A stretch of DNA of 64,000 nt from Eledone cirrhosa. Taxonomy: Eukaryota. The position numbers and the translations under genes were made by a program. How positions within the stretch are numbered: the stretch's first letter is position 1; the number at the start of each line of letters is the position of its first letter. The notes under the pieces are model-generated. The model saw nothing but the letters and a program-made list of their open reading frames with translations. It searched no databases and was not told the origin of the DNA. The stretch spans positions 37,014,001-37,078,000 of the forward strand of contig OZ024757.1 of assembly GCA_964016885.1 (NCBI GenBank), in the 5' to 3' direction. Shown piece by piece: positions 1 through 11,087 of the stretch.

Positions 1-181
1 TAAACAAACCAGGATTTTTTCATTCTGAGGATTGAAAGCAAAACCTTTTGCTTTTAAGAAACCACTGGTAAATGGAATAATTGCCTTATGTTGTTTATTA
101 CATAATAATAATAATTAAGCTCTGTTGCCTACATAGAGCACCCTTTTTTCCTGGACTTTTCCGATGGAATTACTTCATTCA

Positions 182-221
<40 letters not shown>

Positions 222-230
222 TATATATAT

Positions 231-386
231 ATTTAAAAGGAAAAGTTGTACCTCCAAAGGTACAACTTTGCTTTTAGGCTTGCTGAATCCCAGACTATTG
301 TATAATCATTTATAGTGCTTCTGAAGATGTATGATACTTTCTTCTACTCAGTATTATACATCTTTAAATAAATTAGAATAACATAC
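231..386. repeat. Hairpin-rich ~160-bp element, copy 1 (copy 2 at 2702-2868)
   Basis: Inverted repeats AAAGTTGTACCT/AGGTACAACTTT and AAGATGTAT/ATACATCTT; near-identical second copy. Confidence 0.7.
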
Positions 387-493
387 ATACACACAAACAT
401 ATACTGCCCTACAAACACACATACGACACACACACACACACATGCACTCTCTCCCATACTTACACACACATGTAAAGACAGACATACACACAG

Positions 494-794
494 GCTTGTA
501 ACTATCGTCTGCTGACTAAAACACGAATACTTCTACCGGAAGTTTACGATTTTATTTTACGTTTACTTCGTTATTAATGTTTTATTATAAAGTTTTATTA
601 TAATGTTTTATTATAAAGTTGAGGATGTAATTATTGCGAATACATTGATGTTTTAATGTCGGGATTTATTTATTTATTTATCTTGTTGAAGATATTTTTA
701 CCCGCCGAAGTAGGGACTTGGTGTAGTTCTGTTTGTTTATAGATTACCTCCACTTCGACTATAAAATTGGTCTGACTTTGCACACCCGCAATTT
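494..794. repeat. Dispersed ~300-bp repeat, second copy ~1461-1813
   Basis: Shared CTTGTAACT.TCGTCTGC...ACACGAATACTT.TACCGGAA...GCGAATACATTGATG...TTGCACAC.CGCAATTT. Confidence 0.65.
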
Positions 795-2094
795 CAGAGA
801 GTGTTTATGTTGGTTGGTGAGAAAGAGAGAAAGGAGACAGTGTGGCGGTAGGAGGGGGTCAGATGTGAAGAGTGAGAGGGAGAGAAAGGCATAGAAATAC
901 ACTGGAGATGCAGAGAGAGAGAGGCAAACAGATAGACAGAGAGGGATGTTGAGAGAATAGAAGGTAATGCGGAGAGAGGGAGTGAAGGGGAGACAAAGAG
1001 AGAGAACAAGAGGAACAATAAGAGAAAGAAGGGTTTGAGAATAAGAAAGAGAAAGAGAGGGAAGTAGAAAAAGCAGAATAAGTGAGTGGGGGAAACAAAA
1101 ATAGAGAGAAAGACTATAGGAGGGAAACGGCGACAGAGAGAATGAGACGAAGAAGGAAGGGGGGAGAGAGAGAAAGAGAGAGTAAAGGCTGTGTGAGAGA
1201 AAGAGCCGGCAACACGAGAGAGAACGAACAGGCTGTGTGAGAGGGGAAAGAAAGAGAGAGAGTAAGACAGTAAGTAAACGAAAGGGAGTTAGTTGAAAGT
1301 TATGTTGTATTTAAATGGAAGAAAACCAGACACACAATATAAAATGTTAAACACGATATTAGAAAAATATTTTTGTAAATAGGACAATAATTTATAAACA
1401 TACATATATACCTAAATATATACATGTGTTTACAGCTTTATTTATATATATATATACACACTTGTAACTGTCGTCTGCCAAACAACACGAATACTTTTAC
1501 CGGAAATTCACGACGGTTAGGTTTTCATTTTAATTTTTCTTTGTTATTCTTCATTATAAAATTGTGAATGTAATTATGGCGAATACATTGATGTTTTATA
1601 GTCGGATTTTATTAATCTATTTATCTTGTTCGAAATATATTTACCCGGTAGAGCGCCTAAGTAAGGACTTTGTGTCTGTCTATTCTGCCCCCCCCTCTCT
1701 CTCTACCTTTTGTCCCTCTCTCTTTCGCTCTTACTCTGTCTTTCTCCCCCCTCTCTTTCAAATTATCTCCCCTTTGACTGTAAAATTCCTCTAATTTGCA
1801 CACACGCAATTTTATTCCGGCTACCAGAGCAACAGTGTCATCGATAATAACAGCAAAAGTATTGAATGTATTTAATTTTTAGAGACTAGGTTTGATATGT
1901 ATTGATCTCAATGGCCTCCATATCTCTCTTCACAATGTCCTTGTATCGCAGCGGAAGTCGGCTAGTGGCTTTCTTTCTAGAGGCCAGCTCCCCATACAAG
2001 ATGTCTTTGGGGATGCAGCCACCATTCATGTGGTATAATGAATCCATGAATGTATATAAACATATATTATCTCAGGGAAGCCTGCTCAGTGCAC

Positions 2095-2575
2095 TCTACA
2101 TGTGAATGGAGTTTCACGGAAGCAGGTGGAAAAGTTCAAGTATCTCGAGGCTGTGTTCACAAGTGATGGAAGGCAGGAGACTGAATTAAGGGCCAAGATT
2201 GCTGGAGCAGTAATGCACCCGCTTCAGCATTCAGTAATCAGAAGAGGGGAGGTAGTTGTAAAAGCCAAACTTGTTATCTTCAATTCGGTATTCCTGCCAA
2301 CCCTTACCTATGGTCATGAATCTAGGGTGATAACCGAAAGTATACGATCGTGAATACAAGCGACTGAAATAGGGGTTCCTCTGAAAGGTCTTTTGAGTAA
2401 CGTTACTCTATAGAATGTGTAGTTCAGAGGTCAGTGAGTTGCTCCAGGTAGGGCTGCTACTTCTCTAATGAGATATCAGCGATCTGATACTATGGACACC
2501 CAGGAGTTGACCCCAAGCAAGATGGTTGGATAACATCCATGAATTTGGCTGGTCTCACTTGGAGAGCCAGCCATG
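2095..2575 (+). mobile_element. Decayed RTE-clade LINE, ORF2 C-terminal fragment
   Basis: QVEKFKYL..VFTSDGR...IFNSVFLPTLTYGHES, followed by RWLDNI.E.GWSHL-like sequence with stops. Confidence 0.8.
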
Positions 2576-3276
2576 TCTTAAATGTATATTTAGGATAAAG
2601 ATTACAGAAAATAGCATAAAAAAGTTGTAAGTAAAGCATGCTATAAGTGAAAACCAAATGTTAGTTGATAAAAATATATATATATACATATATATATATA
2701 TATTTAAAAAGAAAAGTTGTACCTCGAAAGGTACAACTTTTCTTTTAGGCTTGCTGAATCCCAGACTATTGTATAATCATTTATAGTTCTTCTGAAGATG
2801 TACAATACTTTTTATAATGCTTTCTTCTACTCAATATTATACATCTTTAAATAAATTAGAATAACATAAACATTATATATGTGTAAACTCAAGTATACAG
2901 ATGGAAAAATGAGATTCTAAATTATTTTAAATTCCTTACAAATTTTAAGAGAGTTTTGTATCCAATTATTAGAATATATATATATATATATATTTGTTCC
3001 AGCCGAGGGGCTGAGGCCGTACTGAAGTATATATATATATATATATACACGTGTATATTTTACTATTTTGATATATACAATACTTAATGAATACTTCTTA
3101 AACATAAATAATAAATACAATCAATTATTGCAAGGGACTTTCTAAATATAAAAACACAAAAATATTTGTAATATACGACGATCAGGGAGTTTAACGTTCC
3201 ACTTTCACTTTCAAATTTTTATTGAAAATTTTGTCTTTTTTGTTTTGTTTTATGATGGATAACAACAAACCTCTAA

Positions 3277-3317
<41 letters not shown>

Positions 3318-3330
3318 GAAAATGGTTTAC

Positions 3331-3435
3331 TTTTTCGCATAAGTTTTTCACTTGATTCTCAGAAAGTTGGTTACATTCATATAATTGTTTAATCCATTGA
3401 TCTAATTCTTTTACATTCGATTGACTTTCAACCAT
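3331..3435 (-). CDS. PPP2CA: Protein phosphatase 2A catalytic subunit, first coding exon (rest of gene lies left of the window)
   Basis: [35 protein letters not shown] matches the PP2A-C N-terminus (human [34 protein letters not shown]). A phase-0 GT donor (GTAAAC) follows CEK, the position of intron 1 in vertebrate PPP2CA/B. Confidence 0.9.
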
Positions 3436-3765
3436 GATTTTGTGTTGTTGATACGATTAACTAAAGTAAAAAATAAAAATAAAATTGAAAAAAAAATGAT
3501 TGTTTTTAAAACTAAAAAAAAAGTTTATGAATTTGGTTAGAATTTTGAAAGTAAAATTTAACTTTTTAAAAAATAATTTCGAACAATTTTGTTTGAAAAT
3601 ATCGTCGTAAATTAATAATTAATCGATTTTTGTGGAAATCGATAATATCCGTTTTAGAGATGTGTGTAATAATTTTAATTTAGATCTCCAAATCTTTTAA
3701 GAACCCTGAAATAGTTTCTGATAATAAATAATTGATTTAAAACTAACTTTTTAACATAAATATCT

Positions 3766-4221
3766 AAACCAGGAAGTTAATGGTGATCGGGTTTTGATGT
3801 GTCATCGGGGATAAAAAAAATCAGTTAATAATAAAGATCGTATTGATTTTAACGTTCGATTATAGCTAATAGAATATTTTTTGTTTAAATAAGGTTAATT
3901 AAATGATCAGTTCTGTTTGTGTTGTTTTATATCATTAATATATTAAAAATAATTAGCGAGCACTTTCTCTCCATGACGGTTAGTCTGTATAAGGATATAT
4001 AATGCAACAAATATAAATAAAATATTAAATATTTAAAAGTGGTTGTTTTATTAAAAGAACAACGATAAAATATTGAAAATGTTTTTTATTTTTTAATAGA
4101 ATATATATTTTCTGTTTTATTATGAAACAAACATTTTTTAAAACCGGAAGTTAATTTTTATTCGCTGTGGATGTCAGACAAATTTTCTATCCGGTAGGTC
4201 TCTTCCTGTTGGTAGCCATTT
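3766..4221. promoter_or_regulatory. Putative shared bidirectional promoter: ETS-like sites, TCT/5'TOP start, YY1-like motif
   Basis: AAACC(A)GGAAGTTAAT at 3766-3781 and 4141-4155; pyrimidine tract CTCTTCC at 4200; GCCATTT at 4215-4221. This combination is typical of ribosomal-protein gene promoters. Confidence 0.6.
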
Positions 4222-4292
4222 GGCGTGGATCAGGTTATTTTCTGTACGAGGATAATCGTTAGGAATCCTGATTGAAAACGAGCAAAATAAAT

Positions 4293-4401
4293 ATGACTGA
4301 GCAAATGACTTTGCGTGGAACCCTTAAGGGTCACGGCGGATGGGTTACACAAATTGCTACTAATCCAATAAATCAAGATAATATTGTCTCTGCTTCAAGA
4401 G
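4293..4401 (+). CDS. RACK1: RACK1 exon 1
   Basis: [36 protein letters not shown]; donor G|GTAAG; 109 nt, phase 1. Confidence 0.97.
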
Positions 4402-4862
4402 GTAAGATGTACACATGTATCAGTTTCTCATATCTATCAATCTGTATACGTTGTTTTCTCTAAATACCATTTGTATATTTGTTGATTCGTGTTAATTCTT
4501 TATTCTTGCCATGATCGTAATATATAAAGATTATATCTATTATAAAACCTCGTATAATATATAAATAAATATATATATATAGCTTTAAAAACGACACCGA
4601 AATTGCGAATCGCTGAAATTTGCCCTACATTTATTACAGAACTTTCTCATAAACTTGATATGTATAAAAAATATATATAATAGTACCGATCTAGCATAAA
4701 TTTAGTTTTATTTAATATATATAAAATGTATGTGTGTATATATATTGCCAGATAAGTTATATTTCTCCATTTCCCTCGCTGTTATATACACGTTGGTATA
4801 TATATATATTAGCAGGGAGACCTTATGCTAGTCTCATCCACTTATATATATATATATGTTCA

Positions 4863-4960
4863 TACAGAGGGTCCCAAAATTGTATACACACTTCATCTTG
4901 CTAATAAATATTGCCTCTACAGGTAATCAGTGTGTATACATTTTGGGGGGCCATCCTATA
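4863..4960. mobile_element. Tc1/mariner-like MITE
   Basis: TA-flanked imperfect TIRs CCCAAAATTGTATACACACT / AGTGTGTATACATTTTGGG. Confidence 0.6.
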
Positions 4961-6104
4961 TATGTGTATATAACATTTGTGTAGACCATTTGAAATGTGA
5001 TAATCGGACGAAATACCTTTCATTTTTCTTCAAAGATCTATTGTCAATAATACCCGAAATATAATAATAATTGTTTCTACTTTTGGCACAAGGCCATCAA
5101 TTACCTCAGTACGTTACTGGTACTTTATTTTATCGACCCCGTAAGGATGAAAGGCAAAGTTAACCCCGGCGGGATTTGATCTCGTCTTACCCTCTGCCAA
5201 TCGACCGCCTATAGTAATAATTGTTTCTACTTTTGGCACAAGGCCAGCAATAAACCAATGCATTACTGGTACTTTATTCTATCGACCCCGGAAGGATGAA
5301 AGGCAAAGTTAACCCGCCTATAGTATTAACTAATGTTTCAATTGGACTGCGGCCATGCTGGGGCAGTGCCCTCTAATAACAAATTTCACGGTTTTCACAA
5401 TTTTTCTACCATTTCCTCGTGGCCTTTTTTTTAGTTTTTATTAATCAAGTAATTTAATTAGTTTCCTAATATGTTGGTCTGATCTTTTATCTTTTGATAT
5501 GACTTGTTTCTGCTCCTCGTGTGTTTGGTGGAGCATGCGGGATTCCTGTGAATACGATGAGATATTTTCGTTTTCTTATTTCGGGATCTAATGTCAACGA
5601 TCGCCATGTTTTACCTGACCATTAGCTTTCAATTTGTCTGGGACTGATTATATATATATATATATAACCCCTCTATTTGATGAACGAACTAGACGTATGT
5701 TAATAGTCTAGGGTCCTGAAACATTTGGTAATGGGGTAGTTATATATTGTTCACTTTAAATAGCTCTGGTTTATACATAGAGCACTCTTTTCCTTTTATT
5801 TTTTCTTCGAAAATACTTAACATATATATATATGTGATGGCGCGTGTCTGAGTGAGAGAATTGGATTCGCAATTGTGAGGTTCTGAGTTCGATACCTGGA
5901 CCGGGTAATGCATTGTATTCCTGGGGATTCAGTTGGAGACGGTTGCTTCTTATAGGACCCACTGGTAGAAGTGTTTGAGGACTCTGTTCCCGCGGCCATT
6001 CTTTTTTTTTTTTCAAAATTAAATTGTTTCAAGTTTGTTCGTAAATCATATCAAAATTCTAAAATATAATGGTTTGGCTTTGTTTTTACGTCTTCTCTTT
6101 GTAG

Positions 6105-6279
6105 ACAAAAGTTTAATTCTGTGGCAGCTGACTAAAGATGAACAACATCAGTATGGTTACGCCAAGAAATCTCTGAAGGGACACAACTATTTTGTCTCCG
6201 ATGTGGTGATGTCATCAGATGGAAACTTTGCTCTATCAAGTTCTTGGGACAAAACTCTACGACTGTGGGATCTTAACCA
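6105..6279 (+). CDS. RACK1: RACK1 exon 2
   Basis: TAG acceptor; DKSLILWQL...[14 protein letters not shown]; donor GTAAGT. Confidence 0.96.
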
Positions 6280-6532
6280 GTAAGTAGTAACCATGCTAGC
6301 AATGGTTTGAAGGACCGCGTTCCGTATTGTAGCATGCCTTCTAAGACTGGATGGATGTTCTTCCTAAGGGCAACCACTTTACAGTGTGCTGTGTACATTT
6401 TTGTTTTATGTGGGTGAATATCCTTCAAGGCCATGGAGTCATCGTTTAATGTCTGGTCATGGGTTGGACGTACTTAACTGGAGATGTGGCTCTTCCAAAC
6501 AGACAGACCATATTGCAGAGTGCAGTGGATGC

Positions 6533-6592
6533 AGTCCAATGATTAAAACTTAATTCAGTATTGGTGTTGATAATCCTGCAATTATGAGGACT
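6533..6592 (+). ncRNA. SNORD96: Box C/D snoRNA, SNORD96-like (5.8S rRNA guide), copy 1, RACK1 intron 2
   Basis: Terminal stem AGTCC/GGACT; C box ATGATTA (6539); guide TCCTGCAATT complementary to conserved 5.8S AAUUGCAGGA, directly before the D-box variant ATGA (6584). Confidence 0.8.
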
Positions 6593-6847
6593 TGCTTTAA
6601 CTGTTTACTTCATGGTTGTGTTAGTTTTCCTAGAAACTTGATGGTTTCTAGGAAACATTTTAATGTCTTCTGTGGCTATGGGTGACATGGTTTCTTAGAC
6701 AGAATGCCTTGGGAATATGGTTTTAGAAATTACAATTTCTAGTGTGAATAGAGAATATATTTACTGTTGATTCCTGCCCTAATTTGTCTACAGTGTGTGC
6801 ATGTGTGAATAGAATTTAGCATTAAAACTTCATTTTCTACTCCTCAG

Positions 6848-6995
6848 GTCTATGACTACACGAAGCTTTGTTGGTCACACTAAAGATGTTTTGAGTGTTT
6901 CCTTTTCAAGTGACAATCGCCAGATTGTATCCGGCTCCCGTGATAGATCTATCAAACTCTGGAATACCCTCGGTGTTTGCAAATACACTATTACT
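6848..6995 (+). CDS. RACK1: RACK1 exon 3 (missed by ORF track)
   Basis: CAG acceptor; [49 protein letters not shown]; donor GTGAG. Confidence 0.96.
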
Positions 6996-7453
6996 GTGAG
7001 TTAACTTGTGTTTCATCATTGTTTTATGTATATTTTCCATGCTAGCATGGGTTAGGCGGGTTGTCACATCCTGAGACTTAGCAGGCATGATCTGATCCAT
7101 TTTGGATAATTTCTATGGCTGGATGCCCTCCCTAATGCTGACCTGATTCATTTTTCTGTGGGCTTATTTATGTATATGTTTTTACAGTTTGACCTTCTAC
7201 AAGATGAGATGTTTTCGTAAATCTTTCAAAAATTCATTATTAACCCCTTTGTTACCAACCCAACCAAAACTGCCTCTGGTTCTATGAAATAAAACCACCC
7301 TTTTTAAACGTTTCTAATTTAAATTAAAATCACTAACTTAGTAATGAAATAATTAATAATTTTGGTAAATCCCTCAAAATTCTTCATTAATTGAAATAGA
7401 TTGTATTTGAAATATGATCACAAAGCAGAGTTAACCAGATAAAATTGCACAGC

Positions 7454-7516
7454 AGTCCTATGATTAAAACTTATTTCAGTATTTTTGGTGTTGATAATCC
7501 TGCAATTATGAGGACT
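7454..7516 (+). ncRNA. SNORD96: Box C/D snoRNA, SNORD96-like, copy 2, RACK1 intron 3
   Basis: Stem AGTCCT/AGGACT; same C box, guide and ATGA D box as copy 1; differences only between the boxes and in the flanks. Confidence 0.78.
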
Positions 7517-8383
7517 TGTTTGTGCTGTTTTCTTCATAGTTATGTTAGCTTTCCTAGAAGTGTGGTGGTTTCTAGGAAACATTTAACCTGTTGACTGCCG
7601 CGTATATTTTACAGAGCTACCTACAGTTGCTGTTTTTTTTTTTTGTCCCCAGTAAAATGACTACTTTGATTGACAAACGTTACATCAATATAATAGTAAC
7701 CACATCTAGCTTTGAAGTAATGATCTGTTGGAAAGAAGTTCAAACATGTTAGTGTGAGTTATCTCGTCTGTTGAACTGAAGAGGTTAGACTCTAATTACA
7801 AAGAGATTTAGTAATATAACTTTCTGATTATTAAGCTACTGTGGGGTGGCAATATCTGTAGGGCATCGGGTGAAATCCTTAGTGGTATTTGGTTGGGGCT
7901 CTATGTTTTGAGTTCAACTTTACTTTTCATCCTTCTGCGGTTGATAAAATAAAGCTCCAGTTACGGACTGGTTCCGGTATAATCAATTCTTCCTTTCCTA
8001 CTCCTTTCTCTCACAAATTTCAGGTTTTGTGTCAAGATTAGAAACTTATAATTAAGCTGGTGTTTGGAACAAAAGGATTTACATAAAATTATGATGGAAT
8101 GGTTTTAGATCAATATAAAGAGTTTTAACCCTTTAGCATTCGCATTAATTTTCAAACGTCATGCTTATCTGGCCGGTTTGAACATTAAAGAGTTAAACTC
8201 ATTTCTAACTTGTACACTTATCTAGTGGACTCCAGGCTAAAGAGAGCACCATGCTGAGGTCTTTTCCTGGTTAACAACTGTATAGTTTAGTACCTTGCTC
8301 TAAACAAATACATATATGTGTTATAATAAATTACAATTGTTGTTTGATTTGAAATTATCATCTTGCAATTTTCAATCCCTGTT

Positions 8384-8456
8384 TCTGACTCAATGATGGA
8401 AAAATATTGTATTAGCTATTGATATAGAATGAGAACAACTCTTTCTGAGAGTCAGA
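8384..8456 (+). ncRNA. Box C/D snoRNA candidate, family B, copy 1
   Basis: 8-bp terminal stem TCTGACTC/GAGTCAGA; C box ATGATGG (8393); D box CTGA (8445); 73 nt. Confidence 0.75.
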
Positions 8457-9023
8457 TTTTGTTATTAATTTAAAGTTTGGGGCCAATTTAGTATACTGTA
8501 TGTATCATTTAATTCTTTAGATACCAAACTACACCTGGTTCAAGAATTACAAAAGCTGTAGCGTTTGTATTTATTGAAAGGTCTTCCGCTCAGAACTTAC
8601 AGACTACTCCCAGCCATTTTAACCAGTTAAGGACTGTATAATCAACTATCTCCCTCGTAAATTTTGGGGCTTTTGTCAATGTTAGAAACAAATTATTAGA
8701 CTGGTGTTTTGGAACAAAATGTTTTACATAAAATTATATCAGTATAAACAGTTTAAAAGAAAAAGATCTGTATTGTAGAACCAGGGGTGGTTTTAGGCAG
8801 TTTGGTAACACAAAGGTTAATTAAACTCATTTCTAACTTGTACCTAGATAAAATCTTTACACTTAGTTTTCCTAGTGGCCACCAGGTTATAGAGAGCACC
8901 ATGCTGAGGTCATCTCAGGGTTAATAAATATTTATGTATGTTATAATAAATTACAATTGTTGTTTGATTTAAAATTATCATCTTGCAATTTTCAATTTAT
9001 AACAGGGATCGTATATCCCTGTT

Positions 9024-9096
9024 TCTGACTCAATGATGGAAAAATATTGTATTAGCTATTGATATAGAATGAGAACAACTCTTTCTGAGAGTCAGA
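9024..9096 (+). ncRNA. Box C/D snoRNA candidate, family B, copy 2
   Basis: Identical to 8384-8456; preceded by hairpin AACAGGGAT/ATCCCTGTT. Confidence 0.75.
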
Positions 9097-9573
9097 TTTT
9101 GTTATTAATTTATAGTTTGGGGACTTTTGGGCCAATTTAGTATACTGTATGTATCATTTAACCCTTTAGATACCAAACTACACCTGGTTCAAGAATGACA
9201 AAAGCTGATAACTTTAACCCTTTAGCATTTAAACTGGCTGTATCCAGCCAGAATTCTCTCACTTCTTTCTGTTGAAACTGGCCGTAACCGGCCATTCATA
9301 CTGATCAAAATCTCATAGGCTCAATATTATGTGAGCTAAAGCCCTTTACCATGAAAATACAATAGTAAATATAGAGTAATGTAAATGCTAAAGTGCTAAG
9401 CTAGCCAACACTCGAAATTTATAGTTTATTCAACACTTGAATGTTAGATACAATGCTTTGTGGTATTTGTTCTGGCTGGGACATACATTAAATATATATA
9501 TATATGTTATAATAAATTACAATTGTTGTTTGTTGCAATTTTCAATTTATAACAGGGATCATATAACCCTGTT

Positions 9574-9646
9574 TCTGACTCAATGATGGAAAAATATTGT
9601 ATTAGCTATTGATATAGAATGAGAACAACTCTTTCTGAGAGTCAGA
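9574..9646 (+). ncRNA. Box C/D snoRNA candidate, family B, copy 3
   Basis: Identical to 8384-8456. Confidence 0.75.
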
Positions 9647-10099
9647 TTTTGTTATTAATTTATAGTTTGGGGACTTTTGGGCCAATTTAGTATACTGTAT
9701 GTATCATTTAACCCTTTAGATACCAAACTACACCTGGTTCAACATTTATTGTAAACCAGGGTAAGCAGGAGAGAAGAAAAGACAAACATATATATATATA
9801 TATATTTTTCTTCTGGAGTCATCTCTCCATTAACCCTTTAGCATTTAAACTGACCTTATCCAGCCAAAATTATCTCACCTTTTTCTCTTTGAACCGGTTG
9901 TAACTGGCCACTCGTACTCATGTTAAGGTATTGTTCTCAAAATAAATAACAAGATCTCATAGATTCGATATTACGTAAAAATATAATAGTATATATAGAG
10001 TAATGTAAATGGTAAAGAGTTAAACAGTAAGTTATGTGTTTGCTGTAGTCCAGTAATTAAAGCTTTGTCTTATGTCACTATTTGTTTTCTGCTTGTCAG

Positions 10100-10195
10100 G
10101 AAGAAGGCCATGCAGATTGGGCATCATGTGTCCGATTCTCTCCAAGTACCACTCACCCTATCATAGTGTCCTGTGGCTGGGATAAAATTGTAAAG
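10100..10195 (+). CDS. RACK1: RACK1 exon 4
   Basis: [32 protein letters not shown]; AG/GT flanks. Confidence 0.96.
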
Positions 10196-10976
10196 GTAAG
10201 TACCTATATGTTTCTTCTTTTTTGCCTTGATAGGTTTGTGGGGTCACAGTCCTTTCAGGCGGGCACTGGGTTCCCAAACGATGGAAATGTGGAAGAGGAA
10301 GATCTAGAAAAGCACAGCTGAAAATAACGGGGAGGAAGTAGAAGTCATGGTGTTGGTGGGTAATATGGCAAAATAGAGAAGGTTTTTTGTCATGGGTCCC
10401 ATGCATGACTAGATCCCTACTAGAACAGGGGAAGTGACCATAAAATGCTCTCATGCCACGTTTCTTGTTTGTTCCTGTGTCCGAATATGGTTCCATAATT
10501 TATTTTAATACGAGTGCCATCTTTCTATTGTATTTTTTTTTTTACTATATGTGAAGTAAGTCTCATGTTGTGTCCTGTGCCCACGACATACCAGTGGTAT
10601 CCAAGGTCATCCATACAATCTTATGGAACCACTGACATATACTACCACGGCCCTGCAGCTTGTGAGAGTGTTAGGGTATTAAAACGATTCTTGTTAGTGA
10701 TACAGAACTTCGATAATAAAGGTGGCCATGACCAGCTATTTGCAGTATTTTGTTAATATTCATATAATAAAGCCCTTCTAGGGGGCAGTATCGGTGGCGC
10801 TTCAGGCATGCTTTGTGGGTTCAAATCCTGCCACAGCTTTGCCTTTCATCCTTAGGGGGCTGGTGAAGTATGGAATACCAGTAATACACTGAGGTCGATT
10901 TAATTGACTCACTCCCCTCTCCCAAAATTGTTGGCCTCGTGGCTTAATCATTGATATATAATGTCTTTCTTTCTAG

Positions 10977-11087
10977 GTGTGGAATCTTACCAACTGTAAG
11001 CTGAAGACTAACCACCATGGACATGCTGGATTTTTAAATACTGTCACAGTTTCTCCTGATGGTTCTCTCTGTGCCTCAGGTGGCAAG
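10977..11087 (+). CDS. RACK1: RACK1 exon 5
   Basis: [37 protein letters not shown]; AG/GT flanks. Confidence 0.96.

Noticed and set aside
321-365. CTGAAGA plus stem as a hammerhead
   Set aside because: No GAAA after stem II
5553-5620. C/D-like motif in RACK1 intron 1 (ACGATGA...CTGA), possible SNORD95 counterpart
   Set aside because: No terminal stem and no recognisable rRNA guide
5838-5910. tRNA gene
   Set aside because: A/B-box-like head of a SINE; no cloverleaf
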